In this document: positions 49,301 through 58,900 of the stretch, one piece after another
How positions within the stretch are numbered: position 1 is the stretch's first letter
Layout: each line of letters starts with the position of its first letter
IMG/VR virus record: IMGVR_UViG_3300042305_001773
Coordinates: 141,045 to 205,044 of that record
Strand: one strand, 5' to 3'
Length of the DNA: 64,000 nucleotides
Program-made: the position numbers and the translations under genes
The notes under the pieces: generated by a model
The model's database searches: none
Told to the model about the DNA's origin: nothing
The model's input: only the letters and a program-made list of their open reading frames with translations

Positions 49301-51009
49301 CCAGCTTTCATGTATTCTTCGGTGCCGATTTGATCCGTCATGTAAGCGCGGAACAACCGGTCATCGGCGCCACTTTCGCGCGCCATGTTGTAAAGGCCCT
49401 GAACGCCCTGCTGCCCGGCCATTTCAGCTAAGTTAAACGTCTTGCCCTTGTACTCGTATTTGTCTTCTCCGCGCTGATACGCCTGCATTGCCGCGGCCAG
49501 TTGCGTGTCTTTGTACTTATCCGGGTTCTCAGACACGAGCCGGTTCATCGAAGCCAGCGCGCGGCCAACAGACGAAGCGTCACCGCGAGTAGACATTGCC
49601 GACATGCGCGCTTCAGCTTCGGCGCGGTTGAGCTTCCCAAAACCGGGCTTCTCAAACACGCCGGCGTCAGCCATGGCTTGCCCGCGCAACAGATCGCCGG
49701 CAAGGCCCTTTTCAGCTGTAACTTCTTGTAACCCCATGCCGCGAGCCATGGCTTTCTTTTCGGCGGCAATGGCGTTCAGGTTTTGCAGGTCAGTGTTTGT
49801 ATCGCGCGCAGCTAACCGAATCTCGCGCACCATCGATTCGACCTTGCCCGCGCCCATGCTACCCTGCGCGCCATTTGTTAAATGCTGAAGGTTGGCAATG
49901 AGTTGCTGAATAGGCGCATTTGGGTTGCCGTTGTCGCCAAAGATTTCTCTGATAGCAGATACGGCGCCGTTGTACTCTTTCACCGCGCGCGACACGTTCT
50001 TGGCGTCCAACGCGTTTGCTGCTAACCCGAACCCGCTCATCTGCTCAATTTCTTCAGCGGACTTGGCGCGGGGATCTTTTGCTTGAAACTTGTCTACTTC
50101 GCCCAGTGTTGAATCGAGCCGCTGCCGGAACGACGGTAGTTTGTCTGCCAGCATGATCTTTTGCTCTTCTTCGCTGGCAGAGGCGTAAGCGGCGTCACGC
50201 GACATTAATTCAGCGTGCCCAAACTGGCGGGACAGCTCGTTCATTGTTTTGTCGTCGCGCTTGGTACGACTGATCGCTTTTACACGGTCAGCAGCCGATA
50301 GCGCGCCAATGCTTTGCGGCAGGCGACCTTGCTGGAACAGCGTTTCCATCATCTCGCCGCTGGCTACGGCACCAAAGCCGTGCATCTCGGCAAGGTTGGC
50401 ATCTTCGCCGTACAGATTTTGATATACATTTTGCGAGAACTGCTTGAGCGAGTCCGACGACATGCGCGGCCCTTGGCCGGCGGCGTCTGGACGAAAAAAG
50501 CCAATACGGTTGGTAGCCGCGGCAATTGCTGTCGGGTCGCCTCGGCGGCCGAACATGATGCCTTCAAGGTTTTCGGCGCCGATCTGAGACGCCGCAAATT
50601 GTTTAAATATCGGGTTGTTTAATACCCGCGCGCCAATATTTGCGTGCTCGCGGTCTAGGTCGGTAACTGGTTGGCCGCCGTTAACAAGACGCTGCGCGCC
50701 GATTAACTTTTGTGCCACCTGCGAGTTTCCGGCCATGTTTGCGGCTTCGATAGCCGCGACGCCGTGCCGCTGATAGCGGGCGGCTGTGTACTGATCCAGT
50801 AGCGCTTGCCCGGGCGCCTGATGCGCCAGAAACGCATCCTGCCCGAACATGCCTTGCACCAGCCCGGGACCGTACATGTTGGCCATGTAGCCGAAAGCGT
50901 CGTCTACGTGGGCAGCGTTTTGAAACGGAGAGTATACAGGCGGGGCGTACGGATTACCCGTGTAGTTTTGGGTAAAGCCGGCGGCGTTTTGTGAGTGATA
51001 TTGAGCCAT
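46309..51009 (-). CDS. tail tape measure protein
   Basis: 1566 aa, Ala/Gln/Glu/Lys/Met-rich helical sequence, directly after the chaperone genes. Confidence 0.75.
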   Translation of the reverse strand: MAQYHSQNAAGFTQNYTGNPYAPPVYSPFQNAAHVDDAFGYMANMYGPGLVQGMFGQDAFLAHQAPGQALLDQYTAARYQRHGVAAIEAANMAGNSQVAQKLIGAQRLVNGGQPVTDLDREHANIGARVLNNPIFKQFAASQIGAENLEGIMFGRRGDPTAIAAATNRIGFFRPDAAGQGPRMSSDSLKQFSQNVYQNLYGEDANLAEMHGFGAVASGEMMETLFQQGRLPQSIGALSAADRVKAISRTKRDDKTMNELSRQFGHAELMSRDAAYASASEEEQKIMLADKLPSFRQRLDSTLGEVDKFQAKDPRAKSAEEIEQMSGFGLAANALDAKNVSRAVKEYNGAVSAIREIFGDNGNPNAPIQQLIANLQHLTNGAQGSMGAGKVESMVREIRLAARDTNTDLQNLNAIAAEKKAMARGMGLQEVTAEKGLAGDLLRGQAMADAGVFEKPGFGKLNRAEAEARMSAMSTRGDASSVGRALASMNRLVSENPDKYKDTQLAAAMQAYQRGEDKYEYKGKTFNLAEMAGQQGVQGLYNMARESGADDRLFRAYMTDQIGTEEYMKAGYAYKTQRFELQRDLSRAHAGAIVDRMGSDEFKKLKPRGMSEEDFHSRNSTLATSFATKMTGIMMDETADMTPEERVKTLEKRGKEELVRYFKSSAGGGLKGAAAERMADQYFSAFYGANEADRRDTLLATYSETSAISQQRTGVSIEAHKQMHHQGATDEATVKEEMNKRRADRFKLASRGTESGVMQRVGDELERLAGDNAGTRTESLKRIFNIASEDSLLQGYAPDMQEGLVAAARMYTQASVTEKQIDTLADAAQKNPDSAEAKQLKIMAGVDPGKKLTADELGALRGAAKMKSADTAAGSTDAERAKNEQQRNRADLIMRGFNTGKAEDVQAAAKAMAQQTLGAGATTAQIEKFASAALAADSTDFEKQMSAAWDGWGGLSDEKKEQARGVAQALRVARDIGGLAGAGLEQTPVDVAKAQKRGTATSNRISADVGKSIYDSLEKNYDKAEYEKLRPKGMSDSQFDTHSKKRLRQISIAMSDVAVNQMGDTVGKSDEERALAMTGRMTQHLTDQFIMEGMDPEAARAEARKQLTAVMGKDKEAIVRRTTSALRVAEEAKRAHGQGVASATEKVTTDQQTVLDEVSKDPTGAALKNALTDQKKRQQLLTLPSADAVKLFNKLDPAAQQDAMTNFSRALQAPDAAKMFYNLSDDDLANMERIHGAISESKTGAGVSSQNLTPGQVQQLNRAGHAGASNQPSRSSSPAGPTGVTRTQTRQEALGAIQKEIADIAKRNEGNWWYSKEDRERHDDLVARQQSMTHGGKTSGGAGDIQEFTVHDPFNRMGQMAGTTMSMREIRGEADWHLFGGHQDVSERVFIPYNPEYTEEQAAADVERFGTAEEKAEFKRRGGAKKVNVTGADGSVQQVIEKPHMRLVAEQALLDAQSADPIQSARQRLGELEKKKKTSWWSGEYFDDEKDQARYNYLSDTISQYDAARSAGGMGGGGGGDMNVNGTLTLHGLSEAVLAATGHRMEDTPDNGPAVDMAGGTGANYGK

Positions 51010-51018
51010 ACGCCACCG

Positions 51019-51429
51019 TCATTTTCCGCCATTCAGTTCTTTGTATCGTTCAATAAGTTCCTGCGCTGCTTTGTCAGCTATTATAGCTTTTTTAGGGCTT
51101 GATTTTGGCGTGTCTTTTGCCGCGGCTTTCTGCTCTTCTTTTAGATGATCCCACGGAAAAAGTGTTGTTTGAATGTTTTCCAGCAACTCAATTGCCCGCG
51201 TTTTGGCGTTACCAAAACTGTCTTCAGTCAGACTGCCGTGCGCTACAAGAGCAAGCCAGTGCCTGTGCGCTGCTTGCATTAATTCGTAGTCTTCTCGTCG
51301 CGCCATCTCCGTAAGTGTTAGCAGGTGCTTTATTCGCCACTGTCTGTTTTTGGGATCGGCACCGGTGTAATCAATCACACCGGAAACGGCAGCCCGCACC
51401 ATGAAGGCCGCTACCCGATCCCGTTCCAA
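51019..51429 (-). CDS. tail assembly chaperone extension (gpT-like, probably made by -1 frameshift)
   Basis: In the -1 frame relative to the upstream chaperone; overlap spans a T5 run; only a TTG or weak-SD ATG start. Confidence 0.65.
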   Translation of the reverse strand: MERDRVAAFMVRAAVSGVIDYTGADPKNRQWRIKHLLTLTEMARREDYELMQAAHRHWLALVAHGSLTEDSFGNAKTRAIELLENIQTTLFPWDHLKEEQKAAAKDTPKSSPKKAIIADKAAQELIERYKELNGGK

Positions 51430-52406
51430 AAACTTGGTTCAAGCGCCATAGCTTCCATCGCTTCAACCAACCGCTGAAACTTCCGCAGGTGAGTGGCGGC
51501 AAGGCGGCGCGTTACTTCGTGCGCGAGCGCCTTGCTGTGCACGAACTCACGCGCCGCGGGAAGCGCTGTCTGATTGGGTTTATCTGGGTTGACGTCAAAT
51601 TTAAAGTCGCTCAACTGCGGCACGATCACAAGCGGCTTTCCATTGGCGTCGTATACCGCGGCTAACGAGCAGGCCATGCGGTACTCGAATAGCCGTAGAA
51701 ACCACTCGGCCTCTGACAGGATCAAGCCGTCATTCTGGTCCAGCAGTAGTTGTCGTTGGACGTCAAAGTTCTCGTCGGCCAGCATGCTGCGGAACTCCAG
51801 CACGATCTTACCGCCCATCAGCTCAAACCGGCGCGTAAACCGCGAGCTGCCCAGAATCGTGACGAGGAAATCTTCTTTGTCGCGGTCCGTTACTTCGACG
51901 TCAAACTTTTGCTGCATGTCCCAGCCGCAGCGGGGGCAGAACGGCAAGATAGCCATCGGCGGCACGATGCTCTCTTCTGGTACACCGGGCGCGGCTTCTG
52001 TCGCCGCCTCGGGGGTTGTCGTTTCAGCCGCAGGCGCCGCTTCTTCTGTCGCGGGTGTTTCTCGATCGTCGATGATCTCGGCGTCGGTGTTTTGAAGCTG
52101 CGCGTACATTTCACGCACGCTGTCAGGCATGTTGGCCGTTTCTTCTTCGAACTGTTCTTTTTGCGCTTTTTTCTTGGCGACTTCTTTCGCTTCGCTCAGC
52201 ATGGTTTTGATAGTTTCAACGTCTTCTTCTTTCATGGCGCTTTTGTCGATGAGGACGTCCACGCGCGAAGACGGCGGCAGCGTGTCTTTGATCCGCAGCA
52301 TGAGCTGACCAAGCTCGGCCGGAATCGGGTCGTTTTTCCGCCAACCAAACTGTTCTAGCGTTTTTGCTGTAAAATCGGACACGTACACGTTTTCAACCAA
52401 TTCCAT
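51411..52406 (-). CDS. tail assembly chaperone (gpG-like) with CxxC motif
   Basis: Position before the tape measure; ends EPSFWNGIG; GGAG SD. Confidence 0.65.
   Translation of the reverse strand: MELVENVYVSDFTAKTLEQFGWRKNDPIPAELGQLMLRIKDTLPPSSRVDVLIDKSAMKEEDVETIKTMLSEAKEVAKKKAQKEQFEEETANMPDSVREMYAQLQNTDAEIIDDRETPATEEAAPAAETTTPEAATEAAPGVPEESIVPPMAILPFCPRCGWDMQQKFDVEVTDRDKEDFLVTILGSSRFTRRFELMGGKIVLEFRSMLADENFDVQRQLLLDQNDGLILSEAEWFLRLFEYRMACSLAAVYDANGKPLVIVPQLSDFKFDVNPDKPNQTALPAAREFVHSKALAHEVTRRLAATHLRKFQRLVEAMEAMALEPSFWNGIG
51422..51440 (-). other. candidate -1 ribosomal frameshift site
   Basis: GAA CCA AGT TTT TGG AAC becomes TTT TTG GAA CGG; the -1 frame opens only after a TGA four codons before the TTG. 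Confidence 0.55.
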
Positions 52407-52420
52407 GGTTATCTCCTTCG

Positions 52421-55303
52421 TCAGGTTCGCGGAATGATGGGATAGTTGCCGTTAATGATCTTGGGCGTATTAGATTTGAACTCTGGCTCCTTGTACTCAG
52501 CCGCAAGACCGGGCGCTTCGTTACGGCGCTTGTCGATATACCCGCCTTCGTTTTGCACGATTTTCAAATCTTGCTCAACATAGGCTGGCGCCGAGTTAAG
52601 CCACTTATCGCCCGGGAACGGGAACGTCTTTCCACAGGCAGCCGCATTCACAGGCCGCTCAGTCCACTTATCGGGGCTCTTGCCGCCGATGCGCGCCATC
52701 TGCTGCCACCTGTCTTCGTAAAGCATGAAATCTGGGATCTTGTAGTCTTCGTCGCGCCGGAACGAGAACTCCAGAATCGTCATCACACGATCGTTGCCGG
52801 CACGCTTGTCGGTGTACCACAGCTGCTGAATTTTTTCGTTATCAATTTGATCGCCAATCGCCGGGATATCCACGTCGATTAACGACTTGAACAGCTCGAC
52901 CGCCGCGCGCACCTGCGCCTGACAATCACCGTCGCAGGGGCCCACGAAAATAGCACCGCGAGCGGCCATCTCGGTGAGGATGTGCCCCTTTGATACCAGC
53001 ACGCTGCCGTCGCACAGTACGTTACCGTCGCAGAAGATGTCGCCGTCTGTGCCGATTGGGCCGCAGAGGCAGGTAAGCGTCTGTCGGAACAAGTTTGCTT
53101 TGTTCGTGCCGCCAATTTTCTGCCCACCAAAGAAGTGATAAACTTCGCCGTCTTCTTTGAGATAGTTATAGAAGTTGGTGGACTTCGTAATGATGTCTTT
53201 GCTGCCTTGCGCTGCGTCGAGCATGATGTCGCCGGGTTTTATATTGCCGCCGCCCGTGCGCATGTAGATCTGATGCGCCAGCCCCACCACGTTTGAATAG
53301 GGCGCTCGCGCAACGACACCGGCAAATTTAATTTGATCGCCGCACTGCTCGAAATCGTACTCAATCGTCTTGCCGCGCGACTCCAACAGAATGCCGCCTT
53401 CGCGATCCGACGTTTCGTTACCGGCAAACACCAGTACGTTACGCTCGGCTTTGATTCGCACATTTTTCTCTGTCGCGGATACGTCGACAGACTTGTTGGC
53501 GCGCAGAATGACGTCGTTACCGCCCCACGCTTGAACGTCGCGGCCACCCTTAAGCCACACGTCGCCCGGGGCTGAGATAATTACACACCCAGCCACCATC
53601 CGAATCTCGCCGCCATATCCGTCACCGATAACTACGCCGCCATCCTCAAGCAACGAGATATACGACTCCTGCTCATAGAACTTTTGCTCGTTATAGCGAT
53701 GGTCGATTTTCCACTCTTTGGGCGTAGGCTCCTTGAGGTACATCGAGCCCTTGAGCTGGCTGAACTCCGGGATCTTCTGATTAACGTCAGCATAGCCTTC
53801 ACTTTTTAGATCCTGTTCTTCCCACGTCTTGTAGTCCTTAGCGTGCCAGTAGAACGGGTGCAGGCCGGCGTAGTTAAACAGGTAGCCGTGCAGGTCGAGG
53901 ACAGCCGTGGCGCGCTGCATGTTCGGCCACTTGGAATCCGTCGTCTTGATGTCGCCGGTAATCTTGTGGTCTGGGCCGCTGCCGTATTTACTCGCGGCTT
54001 TGTAGTTCTTTTCGGTGTCGTCACCTTCGCCGGATTCAGGGCGCTTGAGCCGCTGCGGCATCGGCAACAGAATGCGCTTAGATAACACAATGCCCTTAGA
54101 CGACGTAATAAACCGACGGCCGTCTAAACCTGTGTTATCTTCTTGCAAACCGTAAACAGGCTTCTCTTCGTGGTCTTTAGTTTTTTCGCCGCCGCCACAG
54201 TCCGGCGAGAATCCGTCTTTGCCGCGGATGCTCGACTCATACGGCGGTATCGGCCCGCCGGCGCTACCGGGTTTGTACGTCCACCGCTTTACACCCTTTG
54301 GCGGAGCATGTGTGATAGTGCGAGAGCCCTGCCCTAAATAACCAAAGAACGTTTGCGTGCGGTGGTACGGCTGCTGAAATTCGTTCTTGTTTTCCCAGTG
54401 CGAGTAATACGGCACACCAAGCGGGCACTGGTAGTCTTTCGGTTGGAACTCCTGCACCATCGGCAGCCCGGGCTCTATCATGCCTGCGGCTTCCCACGGA
54501 TACGGCGAATACCCTGTGCTGTCGTTGCACTCCGCCTGATCCATGTAGGCGTCGCGCTCGCTACCAGCCGTCCAGACCTGCATGTTGTACCCAGCCACGC
54601 GCAGCATCTGGTCGTGATAGAACCCGTAAATGCCACAGAACTCGTTAACAGAGGCCCGCAACATGAAATCGTCGACAGAGATGCCGATGCCCGTGGTGGA
54701 CACTGCGCCCCACTCACTCGCGAGTGTCGCGTCCCACGGGCGCCAACACGACCAGTCGACCATCTGGCCGTTCAGCTTCTCTTTGATGTACTTTTTGTGG
54801 CAGTCGTCGACGCGCTTTCGAGTAGCCTGCGAGATATAGTCGTGGTAGGCGCGCTTTCCGATATCTAAAACGCTCGGCACGCAGCCGACGATATATGCCT
54901 GCCCCAGCCGGTCGTGAATCATGACGACAACGGGGGTGCCGGGTGCGTACGTGTTAATAGCAGACGCGCCGAAACACACCTGACTTGTCGTAGACAGCGC
55001 GGACGCAATAATCGGCGCCCGGGACTTTTCGACAAACACCTTGTAGCAATTGGCGATTGCCGTACCGTCGACAATCAATCCGGTACACAGGCGACCGGTA
55101 TCCTGAAAGCCGGCCTTGTAGCCGTGCAGCTTAGAAAAGGGGTCAGCTACTGCCTGCACCTGCGAGCCGTAAGCGGCTGTTCCGGTGCGAGTAGCTAACT
55201 GTTTTTGCGCAACAAGCCGGGCAGCGGACGCAAGATCGTAAGAGTGTTGTTGCCCAGTTTGTGGTGTATTACTGACCGGTTTACCCGGCGGGGTAACGCC
55301 CAT
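52421..55303 (-). CDS. baseplate central spike, VgrG/gp5-like
   Basis: N-terminal OB-like PGTPVVVM...YIVG; beta-helix repeats (DVWLKGGRDVQAWGGNDVILRANKSVDVSA). Confidence 0.75.
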   Translation of the reverse strand: MGVTPPGKPVSNTPQTGQQHSYDLASAARLVAQKQLATRTGTAAYGSQVQAVADPFSKLHGYKAGFQDTGRLCTGLIVDGTAIANCYKVFVEKSRAPIIASALSTTSQVCFGASAINTYAPGTPVVVMIHDRLGQAYIVGCVPSVLDIGKRAYHDYISQATRKRVDDCHKKYIKEKLNGQMVDWSCWRPWDATLASEWGAVSTTGIGISVDDFMLRASVNEFCGIYGFYHDQMLRVAGYNMQVWTAGSERDAYMDQAECNDSTGYSPYPWEAAGMIEPGLPMVQEFQPKDYQCPLGVPYYSHWENKNEFQQPYHRTQTFFGYLGQGSRTITHAPPKGVKRWTYKPGSAGGPIPPYESSIRGKDGFSPDCGGGEKTKDHEEKPVYGLQEDNTGLDGRRFITSSKGIVLSKRILLPMPQRLKRPESGEGDDTEKNYKAASKYGSGPDHKITGDIKTTDSKWPNMQRATAVLDLHGYLFNYAGLHPFYWHAKDYKTWEEQDLKSEGYADVNQKIPEFSQLKGSMYLKEPTPKEWKIDHRYNEQKFYEQESYISLLEDGGVVIGDGYGGEIRMVAGCVIISAPGDVWLKGGRDVQAWGGNDVILRANKSVDVSATEKNVRIKAERNVLVFAGNETSDREGGILLESRGKTIEYDFEQCGDQIKFAGVVARAPYSNVVGLAHQIYMRTGGGNIKPGDIMLDAAQGSKDIITKSTNFYNYLKEDGEVYHFFGGQKIGGTNKANLFRQTLTCLCGPIGTDGDIFCDGNVLCDGSVLVSKGHILTEMAARGAIFVGPCDGDCQAQVRAAVELFKSLIDVDIPAIGDQIDNEKIQQLWYTDKRAGNDRVMTILEFSFRRDEDYKIPDFMLYEDRWQQMARIGGKSPDKWTERPVNAAACGKTFPFPGDKWLNSAPAYVEQDLKIVQNEGGYIDKRRNEAPGLAAEYKEPEFKSNTPKIINGNYPIIPRT

Positions 55304-55311
55304 TTTTATGC

Positions 55312-55401
55312 CACCAAATAGGTGTGGTTACGGGCATTACGCCCAAGGCTTTACAGCCTAATACCATAAGCGGCGGCTGCGTTTTGCGCAACCGCCGCTT
55401 A
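55312..55401 (-). promoter_or_regulatory. four consecutive stem-loops between the tube and spike genes
   Basis: 15-bp stem 55367-55401 (G-U on minus strand), AGGCT-GTAA-AGCCT, GGGC-GTAAT-GCCC, CACC-TATTT-GGTG. Confidence 0.55.
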
Positions 55402-55428
55402 CTTAATTGCCTATATTACCGACTAAAA

Positions 55429-55872
55429 TCACTCGTCTTCAAGATCCGAGAAGATGAAGCCGAGATTTTCAGTCAGAACGATTTCCTGCGCCGTGATGCT
55501 CGCGCCAATCGACGTGAGCGTAGCGTCGAGCATCGTGTACGTGCGCTTAGCCTGCGAGCACTTCTGTCCGCCATTGCCGGTAGCCTTCAGCACGAGGGTA
55601 TCGGGCTGACACATGTTACCGAACTTGGTGATGAGTTGGCGCATGCTGGAGTTACCACCAACCACGCGGCTCATCTGGCACTGACCTTGTCGGCGGTTGC
55701 CGACATAGTACACGTTATTCGACCCGATCTCGTACAGCATGTTCACTGTGCGGTTGCACGTGAATTGAACCTGCTGCACAAGCACCGCCTTCTGTCCACC
55801 GAGCGTAAGTTCGAGGTCTTCCGCGCGGAACGAGCCGACGTGCGCTTGTTTATTTCCGAAACTAGCTGGCAT
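55429..55872 (-). CDS. tail tube protein
   Basis: 147 aa directly after the sheath; R.V..LYEIGS..VYYV..R..G...M.R.VG pattern. Confidence 0.8.
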   Translation of the reverse strand: MPASFGNKQAHVGSFRAEDLELTLGGQKAVLVQQVQFTCNRTVNMLYEIGSNNVYYVGNRRQGQCQMSRVVGGNSSMRQLITKFGNMCQPDTLVLKATGNGGQKCSQAKRTYTMLDATLTSIGASITAQEIVLTENLGFIFSDLEDE

Positions 55873-55923
55873 AGCTCACCTTAACCTTTGTTGTTGGTGT
55901 GTACTTTAACTTTGGTCAATTAC

Positions 55924-58900
55924 TCAGACAACTAGGTGCAGCTCAATGTTATTGAGCGGCGCCGGAACAACAAGATCGAGCACGATTTCGATGCGGTCCT
56001 TGAGCAGAGGATGAATCTGCAGGGTCCGAATCTCGCCCGAAATCAGCTGCGAGCCGAGTTCTTGCGTGTTTCCATTCGTCGACAGGAAATTGATTACGCG
56101 TTTAACCTCGTATTCCAGAACCGAAATCATACCCGGCTGCGCGTTCGTGCGGCCGATGTACGGGCGCAGGCGGCGATAGAACAGGTACGACATGCTGTCA
56201 ACATTACGACGAATCATCTCTTCGCGGCGGTTCAGATCGAGGTTGTCGGTCGTGAGGGCGTGCCGCGTATGCGGGGTGCCGTCACGATCTTCTGTCACAA
56301 TCCAGACGCCAGCTTCAGCCATACGGTTTAACTGCGTTTCGTTGAGGTACTTGTAGGACCGCGAGAAGTCGTCGAAACCGGCGACCTCGACGTTTGTCAG
56401 CGGCTGGTGGGGCACCACGCCGCTCACGAGGCCCGCAAGGGCCGCCGCGAGGTAGTAACCGGGCTGAATCGTGCCGGCTTCGCCGACCTGATCCGGCCAC
56501 ACGGCGCACACGCGACGGTTCGAGAGCGAACCACCCTGCTGCGCAATGTCTTCAACGATTTCGTTACGGTTGCGGTTGTGCCAGATTTCGACGCGCTGCG
56601 GAACCGTAACGGCGAAGTCACCGCCCGTGTACAGCAGCAGAGTCGATTCCGAGATAACCTGATCAACCACGTACTCCTCGTACTGCTCCTCGCCGAAGCC
56701 GTCAACCGAGTAGTTGTAGCGGACGATGTCGCCGGGGCGGACGTCGTTCGTGATGAAGTAACCGTTGCCCGACGTGACCGTGAGCCGCGTGTACTGCGTG
56801 TTGGTGGCGTTCGGGTCGTCGGCAAGCGTGGCCAGCACCGGATCATTTACGGTCTCGCCCAGCACGCCTTCGATGTTTACGCCTTCACCAACAACTTTCA
56901 CAGTCGGCACCGCCTTGAGGGCGAAGAAGCCGGCCTTCCAGTTATTCGCGTACTCGTTCGACTCCGCGCCGATGTGCGCTGCCCATAGGTTTTGCACGCG
57001 ACGATCAAACGTCATCGGGACGAGGTTGTACATGTCGTCGCGACCCTTCAGCCGCTCCAGCACCTGTACCCACTTGTCGAGGTCATTACCGAGCGAACGA
57101 CCTTCTTCGTCGTACTTCTCGGGGTCGGCTACGGCGGTGTACTTCACCACAGTGCCGTTGCTGTTGGAGAGCGCCTTGTAAACGCCCCACTTCAGCGGGT
57201 TATCGGGATCGAGCTGACCCTTGATGTTATCAAGATCGGCAACGTCGCTGATCGAGTTGACCTGATCGGCCAGCTCAGACAGCCACTCGCGATACTCGAC
57301 GTACACCTTGCCGGACATAACCGGCAGCGGCTGTTCGGCGCCGGCGCTTGTCCACTCGGGGTGGTAAGCGACGATGCCTTCCTGCACGCAGATCTGGGTG
57401 TCTTCGTACCAGAAGTTGGTCATCGGGGCGTATCCGATTCGATTCTTCGAAATCTGGATATCGTCCTTGATGAACAGCTTGAGGTCCATGTCTTCGCCGC
57501 TGATGAGTTGGCAAGTAGCCGTCGCGCCTGCGCCGACTTCGTTGCCCGGCGCCGCGATCGTAACTGTCGGGGCGCTGGTGTAACCAGCACCACGATCTGT
57601 CACAACAACGCCGACAACCATGTCATCGTTTTCACCTTGGATGCTACCGAGCACGGCATAACCGGTCGCCGTGCGGTTTTGCACGAGGTTACCGGTCGGC
57701 GCCGAGAACGTCACCGCCGGAGCGGAGTTGTAGCCAGCACCAGCATTCGTGATGCTGACCGGACCAACCTTGTCGACCGGCGCGCCGTCTTGCGACAGCA
57801 ACGATGTCGGGAGGTCGTCGCGCAGGATGAGCCGGCGCACCGGACCAGCCTTGCTGGAGTTAACAGTGATGTACCACTTGTCACCCTTACGCAGGCCAGC
57901 GACCGCAAAGTTGTCTTCTTGATCGGTAGCGCCAAGAAAACGAACTTTCACGCCGTTTGTGCCGACGGCTACGGAAATCGCGTTACCGCCAGCGCCGTCG
58001 CCGACAACCTCGGTCGGGCCAGAGAAGTCGAGACCTTTGACCGTGCGAACGGTGATCTCGGGGAGCTGCGCCCATGTGCCGCCCTTGGTGCACTCGATGA
58101 CGTAGGTGTCGTTCTTTGCGCCAGCGTACTTGCCAAGGATGTCAACCGCACCCTGCACGCCGTTTACCGACTCTTCAGTCTGATACACGCCGTCAGCGTC
58201 CGAAACAGCCTTGACCTTTTCGTAGGTCTGCTTGATGTCAAACTTCCACTTCTGACCGACAACAAAGTTATCGACGCCGGTCGTTGTGAAGCGCACCGAG
58301 AGACCGCGCGTGCCAATGAACGTGACGCCATCGTTGTCGTCAAAGTCGTTCGGCTGGATCTCAGCCTGATCGTCAGTGCCGCTAGCCGACTGCACGCGGA
58401 GACGCGCAGCGTTGCAGCCCGCAATCGTGCTCTTGATTACTTCGACAACATACTCTTCTTCGACGTAACCGGCGACGAGGCCGTCATAGTCATTGGCGCC
58501 TTCGTCGTCGGCTGTCAGCACCGTCACAGCAACCGCGTTATCAACACCCTCGATCTGCGTGACAGTGACGTCAACGCCGTTCGGGCTGGTGGCAGTGTAG
58601 CTGTCTTGGTTGTTAACATCAGCGACAGCCGGCAGAATGCGCGACGGAACGAGGTCGCTGGCGAAACCAGTGACGTAAGTCTCAAGCACAGTCTCAAGGC
58701 AGTCGTTATCCGCGCTTACAGTGCGGAGCTGAACCACGTCGCCGAGCTGCACGTCGCGGTCGAGGAACGCACTCGAACGCGGGTAGGCGGCGCCGTTCGA
58801 CTTGAACGAGAGCGTGCTAGACTGAATCCAATTGGTTTTGCCGGGAACAGCAGTGATCGTCGTATCGCCCTCACCCATGTTGTGGGTGTAGTACTGCAAC

